A stretch of DNA of 64,000 nucleotides. Origin: a virus. The notes below the pieces were generated by a model that saw only the letters and a list, made by a program, of their open reading frames with translations, was not told the DNA's origin and made no database searches. Where the stretch lies: positions 688 through 64,687 of the IMG/VR virus record IMGVR_UViG_3300010352_000628; one strand, written 5' to 3'. Made by a program: the position numbers and the translations under genes. Shown here one piece after another: positions 52,515 through 62,141 of this stretch; position 1 is the stretch's first letter, and each line of letters starts with the position of its first letter.

Positions 52515-55463
52515 ATGAAAGCCCTGATCATCGCCCTACTCGCCCTGCCATTGCTGGCATTGGACAACAGCGTCGTGGTCCACGAGGCCAGCGGATCGTC
52601 CCAGACCGCGCGGCCCCTGACGATCTACCGATCGTTCGCTCAGGGGGAGTTCGCCACGGGCACCTACCCGAAGCCGCGCATTGGGGGGACAGTCCCGAGT
52701 GTCTGGCAGGTGGACGTGTCCACTACCTGGCCGGATGGCAGCGTGATGGCGGCCTACGTGAGCTTCCGACTGGACCTCACGGCCAACGGCTCGGCGACGG
52801 TGGACTTCGTGCGTGACTCGAACCCCTGCCATCTGGGAAACCTGAGCACTTGCCAAACGGCGGCGCTCACGCAAGCCAACATGCTCGACTACGACACAGG
52901 CGGCGGGACGGGATCGTGGTCTGCGACTTGGTATGGGACGGTGAACTCGATCGAGTACAGTGCATCCGCGCGGACAATGCTCGCCGCGGCAGCGTGGCGG
53001 TGGATGCTGCGAGGGCCGGTCGTCTCGGCGGTGATTGTGGAGGACCGGTCGTCAAGCTTTGCCTACGACTTCGGCTGGACGTATGACACTGGCACGTCAG
53101 CCTGGATCGCCCCAACTTCTAACACCTACAAGAGCCTCCACCCTGTCTTTGAGATCCGCTTCTATCCAGACCCGGATGGGGCGGGGGCTCTCACGGCGTG
53201 GGGCGGCGTCGAGGTGGATGCGATTTTGCAGAACGCCTCTCTGTTGCGGTTGCAGGGGTTCGACAGCATCAGCCTCTCGGTGAAAACCGGCAATGCTGAG
53301 GCCACGACTGCCTACAGCGTCACGAGCAAACTGTTTCATCCACGCTCCCGTCGCCACTCGCGCTCTTGGAGCGGTACAGCGCCGGGGGCCATCGTGGTTG
53401 ACTACAACTTCCCGTATCTCATCCACACCAAGCTGATCGGGCCGTACGACTACAATCTGGCCGTCGCGAACACCCTCGCCGACACGACGCTGAGCCTCTA
53501 CGACTCTTACGTGGGAAGCGACGATGTTCAGTGGTGCAGCCATGCAACCTACTGCGGCAATTGGACCAAGGCCGTCGGCACGACTGGGGGCCGCGGCGAC
53601 ATTGCCCTGATCCCGACCTGGTACCTCAACTACCTCTACCTGATGGGCCACGGGTCAACCACTGTGGCAAAGAGAAAAGAGGTCTGGGACAAACTTGTCA
53701 TTGGCAACGCGGATGCGGCGGGCAGCGCGCCAATCCACTACATGGAAACAGACGCGACCAAGACGTTCTTTTCCTGGTACGACTCCACCTCGGCGGTCGG
53801 TCGATTCGTGACAATCAACGCCAGGATGAGCTATCCGCTGGGTGCAACATCTGAGCAAACGGCCTGGCCGGCTGCCTGCGCGGCATCTCCCTGTGATGGT
53901 CGGGGCATGTATGGCGACTGGTCAGTGACCTCGCATCTGAATGGGTGGAAGGCAGCGGGCGTCACCAACTTCACGAGCCACGAACCGCCGTTTTATGCCA
54001 TCCCAGCGTTCCTGACTGGATACCACTACTACATTACTGGGGCTCAAATGGAGGCTGCGTTTGCGCTGGCGACGACTCCGGCCGGGACAGGTAGCTATAC
54101 TGACCCAGGATCGTGGAATGGCGGGGTCCGGTACAATCCGCAGGGCATTATATGGTACGACGAAGGCTTGCGGGCCACGCCTTGGGTAATGCGGGATCTG
54201 GCTTGGGCCTACATCCTCACACCTGATTCCGAGGTTGAGAAACCCTACTTTGCCGACAAACTCCAGCGCAACGCCCGCTGGACCGAGGGCGTCATGATGC
54301 TCGCGAATGGAGCCGATCCGCCCGACGACCCTACGTGTGCCTCGTATGTTCGCAGCGACGCAACCTCGCTGAATCAGGTCTACGATTCCTGGTGCGCTGG
54401 CCGGGCCTGGTGGATCGAAAGCACAGTAGGGCAACTGACATCTAACCCGTTATACCAAGTCAGCTACGGCAGCTTGAAAACCAGTACGAGTGATGGGTTC
54501 GCGGACGGAGCCCGGACCACGACGGGCTATTGGCAGAGCTATATGGCCGCGGTGTGGGCTTGGATCGCTTCCACTGGGGCGATTCTCGACGTGGATGACC
54601 AGCCGATGTTCACCCACGTTCGAGATGCTATGGCAGCAAACCTTGCAGGCCGCGTCCTGTCGAGCCCGAAGTCCATGTATCTACTGAGAGACATTCAATG
54701 GGGAGTCGGAGGGTCCGGGGCGATCGCCACCACTTTCGCAGACGTGCTCAGCAGCTATGTCACCAGTTATACATTGGACGCCGACATTTCCAGTTCGGCC
54801 ACCAGTATGGTCCTCACAACGATGGACATTCGCAACACCGGGGATTCATGGCTCAATGAGAGCTACGTCGAGATTGACGATGAGATTGTTCAGTTGAGCG
54901 GAACCCACACGATCAACTCCCCTTCGGCTGGCAAGGCGACGGTCGCGCTCTATAAACGCGGGGTATGGGGCACAACACCAGCGGCTCACACCGCCAGCGC
55001 CACGGTCACCTGGATACCTGGTTTCTGGGCCACGTATGTGGCCAACACGGACGGGTACCCGGTGGTGGCTCGCGGAGCATTGGCGCTACTCGCAGACGCG
55101 ACCAAGATCGGTTCATACTCGCCAGTTACGGCCTACAGAGTCTACTCGGGAGCGCTTCCGAACCAAGATTACAAGACTCGCCCGATGTGGGCATTTACGC
55201 CCCGTGAGCGCGTCCAGGACCTTGCGGCGGTCGGAGGTACAGGCACGGCGAGTTTTTCGTTTCTGGCCCCCTCGGGCGCGGCCTGCAAGGTGTATGTGGG
55301 CTCGGCGCTGCCATCCACGTCCAGCGATACGGCGGATGCCTCGGCGACTAACACCTATGGCAAGCGGCAGACCTACTCGGCCAGCGGCCTGAGTGCCGGG
55401 ACAAACTACTACCGCATCTCGTGCGGGACCGCGCGGGCGAGCGGAACGGTAACGGTGAACTGA
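52515..55463 (+). CDS. large secreted-type protein (possible glycan-binding or lyase)
   Basis: signal peptide MKALIIALLALPLLA; WPDGSV, GGRGDIALIP.W; aromatic-rich. Confidence 0.65.
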   Translation: MKALIIALLALPLLALDNSVVVHEASGSSQTARPLTIYRSFAQGEFATGTYPKPRIGGTVPSVWQVDVSTTWPDGSVMAAYVSFRLDLTANGSATVDFVRDSNPCHLGNLSTCQTAALTQANMLDYDTGGGTGSWSATWYGTVNSIEYSASARTMLAAAAWRWMLRGPVVSAVIVEDRSSSFAYDFGWTYDTGTSAWIAPTSNTYKSLHPVFEIRFYPDPDGAGALTAWGGVEVDAILQNASLLRLQGFDSISLSVKTGNAEATTAYSVTSKLFHPRSRRHSRSWSGTAPGAIVVDYNFPYLIHTKLIGPYDYNLAVANTLADTTLSLYDSYVGSDDVQWCSHATYCGNWTKAVGTTGGRGDIALIPTWYLNYLYLMGHGSTTVAKRKEVWDKLVIGNADAAGSAPIHYMETDATKTFFSWYDSTSAVGRFVTINARMSYPLGATSEQTAWPAACAASPCDGRGMYGDWSVTSHLNGWKAAGVTNFTSHEPPFYAIPAFLTGYHYYITGAQMEAAFALATTPAGTGSYTDPGSWNGGVRYNPQGIIWYDEGLRATPWVMRDLAWAYILTPDSEVEKPYFADKLQRNARWTEGVMMLANGADPPDDPTCASYVRSDATSLNQVYDSWCAGRAWWIESTVGQLTSNPLYQVSYGSLKTSTSDGFADGARTTTGYWQSYMAAVWAWIASTGAILDVDDQPMFTHVRDAMAANLAGRVLSSPKSMYLLRDIQWGVGGSGAIATTFADVLSSYVTSYTLDADISSSATSMVLTTMDIRNTGDSWLNESYVEIDDEIVQLSGTHTINSPSAGKATVALYKRGVWGTTPAAHTASATVTWIPGFWATYVANTDGYPVVARGALALLADATKIGSYSPVTAYRVYSGALPNQDYKTRPMWAFTPRERVQDLAAVGGTGTASFSFLAPSGAACKVYVGSALPSTSSDTADASATNTYGKRQTYSASGLSAGTNYYRISCGTARASGTVTVN

Positions 55464-55465
55464 TT

Positions 55466-55621
55466 ATGCAACCTAACGAAACTGTCGGAATCAAAGTGCA
55501 ACTTTCCATTAAATTGGAAAAGTTTGACGGCGAGTACGAGCCGGGCATGGAGCCGGTCGAGACGATTGTGATTGACGAAGAAAAGGAGATAGACAATGGC
55601 ACTGACCACAGCCGGTCGTAA
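55466..55621 (+). CDS. small acidic protein
   Basis: KLEKFDGE...PVETI. Confidence 0.55.
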   Translation: MQPNETVGIKVQLSIKLEKFDGEYEPGMEPVETIVIDEEKEIDNGTDHSRS

Positions 55622-55976
55622 CCATCTCGCCCAGGCGCTCATCGGCGCTGGCGTGACCGCATTCAACGCTGCGAACGCCTACATCGGCGTGGGCGACAGC
55701 ACCACAGCATTTGACGTTGCGCAGACCGATCTACAGGCGGCAACGAACAAACTTCGCAAGGGCATGGAGTCCACCTACCCGTCCGGGGCATCGAATGCGC
55801 TTGCGTTCCGCTCGCTGTTTGGGACCAGCGAAGCGAACTACGCCTGGGCCGAGTGGGCGGTCTTCAATGCTGCCAGCGCCGGGACGATGGTGTCGCGCAA
55901 GGTGGAAGCGTTGGGCACGAAGACGAGCGCCCAGTCCTGGCAGATCACCGTTACGCTGACAGTCACCGCCGCCTAA
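55596..55976 (+). CDS. tail-fibre/baseplate-associated protein
   Basis: IGVGDS......TDL...F...EAN.AW.E..VFNA...G.M..RKV..LGTK. Confidence 0.7.
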   Translation: MALTTAGRNHLAQALIGAGVTAFNAANAYIGVGDSTTAFDVAQTDLQAATNKLRKGMESTYPSGASNALAFRSLFGTSEANYAWAEWAVFNAASAGTMVSRKVEALGTKTSAQSWQITVTLTVTAA

Positions 55977-55988
55977 CGAGGTCAGCCA

Positions 55989-58409
55989 GTGGCCTACGCA
56001 TACAAGCGGAGAATCACGATTGACCACACGAAGTGTGGCGCTGGCAACAGCACTGATTATCCGCTTTGTTTTGCGGGCACGTACACCTGGCTGAAGACCT
56101 CCGCGAACGGCGGGGATCTTGCGAACGCCAGCGGCTACGATCTCAACTTCTACAGCGACGAGGCGCTGACCACGCCGCTCAAGTACGAGCGGGAACTACA
56201 CACGCTCACCACGGGCGAGGTAGTGTTCTGGGTCAAGATCCCGACTCTATCGAGTTCGACCGATACTGTTATCTACCTCGGCTACGGCGACTCCGGGGTA
56301 ACGACCGACCAGTCCGACAAAACGAACGTCTGGAAGTCCGGTTACAAGGGCGTTTACCACCTTGGGGAAGCGCGCTCCACTAGCGCAGGAGCCTACAAGG
56401 ACTCCACTTCCAACGCCAACAATGGCACGCTGACCGATGCGGACAGCGACTGCGTTTCGGCGGCGGTCAAACTTGGAAACGGTATGGATTTTGGCGGCGA
56501 CGGAGCCGATCGCATCGCCGTCGCCGACGCTGCATCGCTCGATCTCGCTAGTGATTTTACGATCACTGGGTGGGTCCGCACCAATTCAACGCCAGGGTCA
56601 GGGACATTCTACGGAGTTCTGGGCAAGGGAACCGGCTCAATTCCACACAACTATATTGTGGTGGTGGACAACGGCTACGTGTCCACCGGCCTGGGGCTGG
56701 CCGCCGCCGTCTACAACTCTGGCGCGTCGGTGGTGACGGCAAAGGTCACCATTTCCGTCAACACGCTCTACTTTTTTACAGTGCAGTGGGTGGCGGCGAC
56801 TGGCGTCATATCCATTGCCATCAACAATGGAACGCCGACCGCATCGTCCGCGTCGGGGTACACGGCTAATTCCAACTCCGCGGCACTGGTTTTGGGCAAC
56901 TGGTCTGATACAGACGGATCGTATGCTCTCGACGGTTTGCTTGACGAAGTGCGCATCCATTCCGGGGCGCTTGATGCCAACTGGATCACCAGCCAGTACA
57001 ACAACGAGAACTCGCCGTCCACGTTCTATGGCGAACAGCTTATCAGTGATGCGCCTACCGCCATCACAGCCTCAGACACACTGACCGTTTCGCTTTCAGA
57101 AGCCCAAGTTTCTCTCGGGGCGCTCGCGCGCACGGACACACTGACGGTTTCGGTATCGGAGGCCCAAGCGTCCGAGGGTGCATTGGCCCGCACGGACTCG
57201 CTCTCCGTTTCCATCGCAGAGTCGCAGCAATCCCTTGGAACGTTGGCGGCGTCAGATTCCGCGTCCGTCTCCATTGCGGATGCCTCCGCTGTTGGGGTCA
57301 TCGTAGAAGCCAGCGACACCGTGGCTGTCAGCCTGGATGAGGCGGTTACCAGCCAAGGGCTAATAGCCGTCTCCGATATCCTCGCCGTGGCGCTCAGTGA
57401 AGCGCAGGAGTCACTGGGGACGCTTGCGGTCGCAGATGCCGTCACCGTGGCCCTGGCTGAGTCCCAAGCGTCATTCGGCGAGTTGGCAGGCAGCGATACC
57501 CTGGCTCTGTCAGTTGACGACGCAGCGGCTATCCTGGCCGCGCTGTCCGCCGCCGATTCGGTCGCGGTGAGTATCACGGAAGGGCAGGAGTCTTTCAGTG
57601 AACTCAGTTCGACGGATAGTCTGACGGCCTCCATCGTCGAAGCGCAAGAGTCGTTGTGCGCGGTCAGCCCGAGCGATTCGGTCGCCGTGTCGGTAGGCGA
57701 TGCGGCTGCGCTTGAAGCCGCGCTTGCGGCGAGCGACACTCTCACAACGTCAATCAGCGAATCGTCGGTACTGGAGTTCCCCGGCGCTGCCATCGAGAAG
57801 ACGGGTTCGGACGATCTCACCGTCTCGGTCGTGGAATCAGCCGGAATTATGGTGGCTATCACCGCATCGGATACTCTCTCCGTCGCGTGCGCAGAGGCGG
57901 TAGCTATCCACTGCGAGTTGACTTCCACGGACGCGCTGGCCGTCAGTTTCGCGGAGTCTCAGGTTTCTTTCGGCACGCTCGAAGTTGGGGACGCAGCGGT
58001 CGTCTCCCTAAGCGAAAGCCAATCTTCTGAGTTGGCAATGGGGACTTCCGACGCGCTCACGCTGGCCTTCGCGGAGAGCGCCCTACTCGGCCTCAACTTG
58101 GTAGCTAGCGACACGCTGACCGTGGCCATCTCCGGGACCAGCGACGTGAGCGAAAGTTCCGTTTCGCACTATGCCGTGGCCGTGCTCGCCGTAACCGTCC
58201 CGCCCACCGCCGTTCTCTACGGGGCGTCGTCTCTCGCAACCGTCATGCAGACGGTGAACCAACCGTCCTCTGTATTGACGGCGACCCCAACTTTAGCGGC
58301 TGTCATGCAGGCAGCGGCTGGCCCGTTCGCTGTTCTGGCGGCAGCCACGCGATTAGACGCTGTTTTGCAGGTAGTGGATCAACCGTCCGCTCCGCTCACG
58401 ACCCAATAG
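55989..58409 (+). CDS. DUF2341-like + LamG-like protein with a 20-aa repeat stalk
   Basis: Y.YKR.ITI...DL.F...WVKIP...IYL.YG; GVYHL; DG.LDEVRI...WI...YNN; SDTLTVS..E repeats. Confidence 0.75.
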   Translation: MAYAYKRRITIDHTKCGAGNSTDYPLCFAGTYTWLKTSANGGDLANASGYDLNFYSDEALTTPLKYERELHTLTTGEVVFWVKIPTLSSSTDTVIYLGYGDSGVTTDQSDKTNVWKSGYKGVYHLGEARSTSAGAYKDSTSNANNGTLTDADSDCVSAAVKLGNGMDFGGDGADRIAVADAASLDLASDFTITGWVRTNSTPGSGTFYGVLGKGTGSIPHNYIVVVDNGYVSTGLGLAAAVYNSGASVVTAKVTISVNTLYFFTVQWVAATGVISIAINNGTPTASSASGYTANSNSAALVLGNWSDTDGSYALDGLLDEVRIHSGALDANWITSQYNNENSPSTFYGEQLISDAPTAITASDTLTVSLSEAQVSLGALARTDTLTVSVSEAQASEGALARTDSLSVSIAESQQSLGTLAASDSASVSIADASAVGVIVEASDTVAVSLDEAVTSQGLIAVSDILAVALSEAQESLGTLAVADAVTVALAESQASFGELAGSDTLALSVDDAAAILAALSAADSVAVSITEGQESFSELSSTDSLTASIVEAQESLCAVSPSDSVAVSVGDAAALEAALAASDTLTTSISESSVLEFPGAAIEKTGSDDLTVSVVESAGIMVAITASDTLSVACAEAVAIHCELTSTDALAVSFAESQVSFGTLEVGDAAVVSLSESQSSELAMGTSDALTLAFAESALLGLNLVASDTLTVAISGTSDVSESSVSHYAVAVLAVTVPPTAVLYGASSLATVMQTVNQPSSVLTATPTLAAVMQAAAGPFAVLAAATRLDAVLQVVDQPSAPLTTQ

Positions 58410-58422
58410 GGAGGAGACTTTT

Positions 58423-58773
58423 ATGCTCGAACTCATACCCGGCGACAACAACGAGATCACGGGAACGGTCTACACGGACAGCACCCACACGACTCCAGTC
58501 AGCCTGAGTGACGCCGTAGAGATGACGTTCAGGGCAAGGCGTCAGGACGGCGCGAGGACAGTAGTGTTCACCAAAACTCTGACTGCAAGTGGTGGCATTA
58601 CCGTTGTCAGCGCGGCGGCTGGCACGTTTGCCATCGCCATTGTTCCGAACGACACGGCATCGTTGAACGAGCGCAGTGCCACGCTGGACTACGATCTGAA
58701 ACTGACCCGGCCCGGTCCATCCGTAAAAACGATAGATCGTGGCACTCTGGAATTTGAGGGAGTGCCGGAGTAG
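58423..58773 (+). CDS. BppU-like baseplate/Ig-type protein
   Basis: GD......T...PVSL....GITV......G...I...DT..L....YDL.L. Confidence 0.55.
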   Translation: MLELIPGDNNEITGTVYTDSTHTTPVSLSDAVEMTFRARRQDGARTVVFTKTLTASGGITVVSAAAGTFAIAIVPNDTASLNERSATLDYDLKLTRPGPSVKTIDRGTLEFEGVPE

Positions 58774-58775
58774 CC

Positions 58776-59000
58776 ATGATCTGCACCATCTGCCACCATC
58801 GGGGCCGTTACGGGCGCTGCGAGGCCGAGCCGATGGCCATGAAGCGGCGTTCCGAACCGGACGGTCGTTTCTTCGGGCCGATGTGCGAGACGGTCCTGGC
58901 GGTTGACGGTTCGTGCGGGAAGTTTCGCCTGTCAAACCGGGTGAGCGAGGGCACGGCGCGGGAGGTGGTGGAGCGGATCGAAGAGGCGGTACGAAGATGA
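58776..59000 (+). CDS. Cys-rich hypothetical protein
   Basis: CTIC...C.A.P...CGKF. Confidence 0.55.
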   Translation: MICTICHHRGRYGRCEAEPMAMKRRSEPDGRFFGPMCETVLAVDGSCGKFRLSNRVSEGTAREVVERIEEAVRR

Positions 59001-59188
59001 AGCGCTTTCTGTTTTGGTTATGCGACTTGTGGCTGAGATGTATTCATGGCCCACAATGCCCACGTCATCCAGGCCACAGGATCTACGAATTCGATCCGTA
59101 CTTTGGCGAAACTCATGCTGGCATATGCGAAACATGCCTACTGTGCTGGGACGAGATGAAGGAGAAGTACCCATGGCTGGCTGGATAG
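58997..59188 (+). CDS. hypothetical protein
   Basis: coupled ORF. Confidence 0.45.
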   Translation: MKRFLFWLCDLWLRCIHGPQCPRHPGHRIYEFDPYFGETHAGICETCLLCWDEMKEKYPWLAG

Positions 59189-59514
59189 GGGTTGATTTGG
59201 ACGGAACGCTTGCCCAGTACCATCACTGGGTCAGTGCGGACCACATTGGAGAGCCGATTTCTTCCATGGTAGATCGAGTCAAGCGGTGGCTTGCGCAGGG
59301 GAGGACCGTCAAGATATTCACTGCTCGGGTGTACGGGAACCAACGCGACGAAGCCCTTGCGCCCATTGAGCAATGGTGCCAGAAGCACATCGGCCAAGTG
59401 CTTGAGGTCACATGCTCGAAAGACTACGGAATGATCGAATTGTGGGATGACCGGGCCGTACAGGTCGAGCCAAACACCGGACGGCGAGTAGATGGAATAG
59501 GGGTTGATTGGTGA
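59173..59514 (+). CDS. HAD-superfamily phosphatase-like protein
   Basis: WIGVDLDGTLA, IFTAR, VT..KD..M..LWDDRA. Confidence 0.8.
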   Translation: MAGWIGVDLDGTLAQYHHWVSADHIGEPISSMVDRVKRWLAQGRTVKIFTARVYGNQRDEALAPIEQWCQKHIGQVLEVTCSKDYGMIELWDDRAVQVEPNTGRRVDGIGVDW

Positions 59515-60002
59515 GAATCCGCGTCGAACTCCCGAAGAACCGTTGGGAGCGGGGCTACCTGACGCTGGTCGGGACCGACTTCGGATGCTTTTGCTACGGC
59601 AAAGCGGACGGCGCTGCCGCTGCGAAGGTCGGCAATCCCACCAGGAGCCCGCTACAGCGCAACGGGGACACGCCGCTAGGCAAGTACGTCGGGATGGTTC
59701 AGGGCGCGCCTTGGGGCACCAGCGCGTCACGATTACGGAGTTACGGGCCGCATAGAACGATCCTGCTGTACCCCACGGGCGGGGACGCTCTACTGGCCAT
59801 GAAGAATGGCCGAAGCGGGCTTGCCATCCATGGCGGGGACCTCGCATCCGACGGGCGCGGGTTCCGGCCTACGCACGGCTGCATCAGGCTCTCGAACTAT
59901 TATCAAGCGGCGCTACTGGTCTATCTTGACGCAAGTGGCGAGCGCCAACACGAGGTTGCAGTGGTAGAGATGGCCAGTGAGAAGAGAAGGCTTGAACCAT
60001 GA
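59511..60002 (+). CDS. L,D-transpeptidase (YkuD-like)
   Basis: GDTPLGKY, IHGG...PTHGCIR catalytic motif. Confidence 0.8.
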   Translation: MRIRVELPKNRWERGYLTLVGTDFGCFCYGKADGAAAAKVGNPTRSPLQRNGDTPLGKYVGMVQGAPWGTSASRLRSYGPHRTILLYPTGGDALLAMKNGRSGLAIHGGDLASDGRGFRPTHGCIRLSNYYQAALLVYLDASGERQHEVAVVEMASEKRRLEP

Positions 60003-60550
60003 CGAAAGATGAAGCAGTCAGCATCATTGCGCCAGCCGCGCTTGAGAGCGAGCAGCAATCGGGTCTTCCGGCCGAGATCACAGCCGCCCAGTGTGCTTTG
60101 GAGAGCGGCTGGCTGAAGCACTCACCTGGAAACAACTGCTTCGGGATCAAGCAGTCCGGCGGCGAGCCGGGCCAGCTTCTCACCACGAAGGAATGGTTCA
60201 CAGAAGTCGAGCGCGACAGGTGGGTGGCGTCGAAGCCTGGCCGGATGATCGTCGAGCAACTGTCCGCCGAGCCGAACGGCCGGGGTCGCCTGGAGTACCG
60301 GGTCAAGGACTGGTTCAGGGCCTACGACTCCCTAACCGACTGCTTCAAAGACCATGCCCGGCTCATCACCAACGGAAAGCCCTACCGCAAGCCGTGGGGC
60401 GAGTTCATCGTCCATCGCTCATGGAAGAAGTTACTGTCTGGGATTGCGCCGGTCTACGCGACGGCGCCTACATACGAAACAAGCATCCTGGCCATCCTCG
60501 AAGGGGAACTGGCTGATGCGATCCAAGCCGCAAGAAAGGCTACCCAATGA
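59999..60550 (+). CDS. endolysin, GH73/FlgJ-type glucosaminidase
   Basis: AAQCALESGW...NNCFGIK...T.EW...FRAYDS...YATAPTY. Confidence 0.88.
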   Translation: MTKDEAVSIIAPAALESEQQSGLPAEITAAQCALESGWLKHSPGNNCFGIKQSGGEPGQLLTTKEWFTEVERDRWVASKPGRMIVEQLSAEPNGRGRLEYRVKDWFRAYDSLTDCFKDHARLITNGKPYRKPWGEFIVHRSWKKLLSGIAPVYATAPTYETSILAILEGELADAIQAARKATQ

Positions 60551-61038
60551 GAATCCTGATTCTGTTCATCCTGTGCGCCGCGTTCGCCGCCGCGCAAGTC
60601 CCGTGTGTTGTTGACTTCGGCCCGCAATACGATGCGGCCGGGAAATTGATTGAAAAGAAAATCTCCGTTGCTGACTGTGATCGGGACGTGAAAGTCGGCG
60701 AGCAGGCCGTCATCATTACCGTCCGAGAGGGCGATGCCGTCATCCAGCGGGTCTACCCGAACTGGTACTACCTGGACGCGAAGGTGGTCCGCCAAGAACC
60801 GTACCGCTGGAAGGTGTCGGTGACGTTCAAGTACGCCGGCGTCTGCACTGAGGTTCCAGGAATTCCTACCGATGTTACCTGCCCGCCGAATGTGAAGGTG
60901 TGGGATATGGTGGACAAGGGGGACATCCGGTTTTTGCCGGCGGGCCTCGAACTCATCATGTACAACACCTTCAAGGCCCCAAATCTGTTCTGGCCTTGGT
61001 CCCAAATCGAGAAGGTGGAGGTCGCGAAAGTCGAATGA
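60547..61038 (+). CDS. secreted hypothetical protein
   Basis: signal peptide MRILILFILCAAFAAAQ. Confidence 0.6.
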   Translation: MRILILFILCAAFAAAQVPCVVDFGPQYDAAGKLIEKKISVADCDRDVKVGEQAVIITVREGDAVIQRVYPNWYYLDAKVVRQEPYRWKVSVTFKYAGVCTEVPGIPTDVTCPPNVKVWDMVDKGDIRFLPAGLELIMYNTFKAPNLFWPWSQIEKVEVAKVE

Positions 61039-61202
61039 CTGCCGCCATGGTCGCTTTCATCCTGATGCCACCACCGGCGCTGCCCCCGCAGCCGCTCGAT
61101 GCGTGGCGTTGGGAACGCGAGCGGTCGGCGCAATGGAGGAAGGTGCTCGCTCCGGTGCGGCGGTGGGTGTGGAATGCGATTCGAGGGTGGTGGAGGTGTG
61201 AC

Positions 61203-61472
61203 GTGGCAGAACAAGTTGTTTACGGAGGCGTGTCCAGGGAAAAGCTCGAAAAGGCACGCTCGCGAATCTTGGAGGCTGCTGGGTTCAGTGTGCCTGGAGA
61301 TGCCGGTTTTGCGAAGCACGGTGGTTTTGAAGTCACCTACAGCTACAACGAACCGGCCTGTGAGTTGACCCTCATCCTCGAACGCAAACCGCGCTTCGTC
61401 CCGGTGTGGGCGATCAAGCGCAAACTCAAGGCCGAGTTGGACAAGGAAGGAATCTACGAGGTAAGAACATGA
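61203..61472 (+). CDS. hypothetical protein
   Basis: GGAGG RBS before GTG. Confidence 0.5.
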   Translation: MAEQVVYGGVSREKLEKARSRILEAAGFSVPGDAGFAKHGGFEVTYSYNEPACELTLILERKPRFVPVWAIKRKLKAELDKEGIYEVRT

Positions 61473-61843
61473 ATTGGCTCAAGAAACTGTTTGGTGCGAT
61501 CTCCAAGTACTTCAAGACTGGCAGCGCGGCCCGGCAAGCGCAACAGGCGCTGGAATACGTCGCGAAAGCCATGCCTTTCGTTGTGACGGCCGGCAACGTC
61601 ATTGTGACCCTGACCCCCACCGGGGTTGACGACGCGGTGTGGAAGGCGATCAAGGCCAAGTACCCGAAGCTCTTGGACGGGTCCGCAAAGACCATCGACG
61701 AACTGAAGGCTGAGGCGCTGGTGATCGCGGCCGAGATGTTGCAGGCGAAGTTCCCGGAACTCACGACCAGCGTGGCGCGCGCGGCTGCACAACTGGCGTA
61801 CATCGACTGGTCTGCTCTGAAAACGGAAGTGGCGGAGGCTTAA
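61469..61843 (+). CDS. hypothetical protein (lysis region)
   Basis: MNWLKKLFG; LTPTGVDD. Confidence 0.6.
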   Translation: MNWLKKLFGAISKYFKTGSAARQAQQALEYVAKAMPFVVTAGNVIVTLTPTGVDDAVWKAIKAKYPKLLDGSAKTIDELKAEALVIAAEMLQAKFPELTTSVARAAAQLAYIDWSALKTEVAEA

Positions 61844-61847
61844 CGCC

Positions 61848-62066
61848 ATGACGCGAAACGTACAGATCGTCTTTCAGTTGATAGCTCTCTTCCTTCAGAC
61901 GGTAGCGCCGGCAATTCCCGGCGTGCCGACTGAGTGGCGGCAAGTCTTCGCCGCGTCCGTCGGATTCTTCCAACTCGCCATCGCCGTCATCGGCCAGGGC
62001 AAGAACCCGGACGGGACGCCGGCCGCCGTGGCGTACGAGCCGCAACCCAAGAAGATCGCACAGTAG
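61848..62066 (+). CDS. holin-like membrane protein
   Basis: two hydrophobic helices; NPDGTP; near the endolysin. Confidence 0.55.
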   Translation: MTRNVQIVFQLIALFLQTVAPAIPGVPTEWRQVFAASVGFFQLAIAVIGQGKNPDGTPAAVAYEPQPKKIAQ

Positions 62067-62141
62067 ACGGCCCGCCGCGCGGCGTCTGGATCAGCCCGGC
62101 GCCGCGTGGCTGCGGCCATTAACAAGGCAAAGGAACGACGA

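Noticed and set aside
49575-58409. Diversity-generating retroelement acting on fibre genes
   Set aside because: No reverse transcriptase motif and no template/variable repeat pair differing at adenines were seen.
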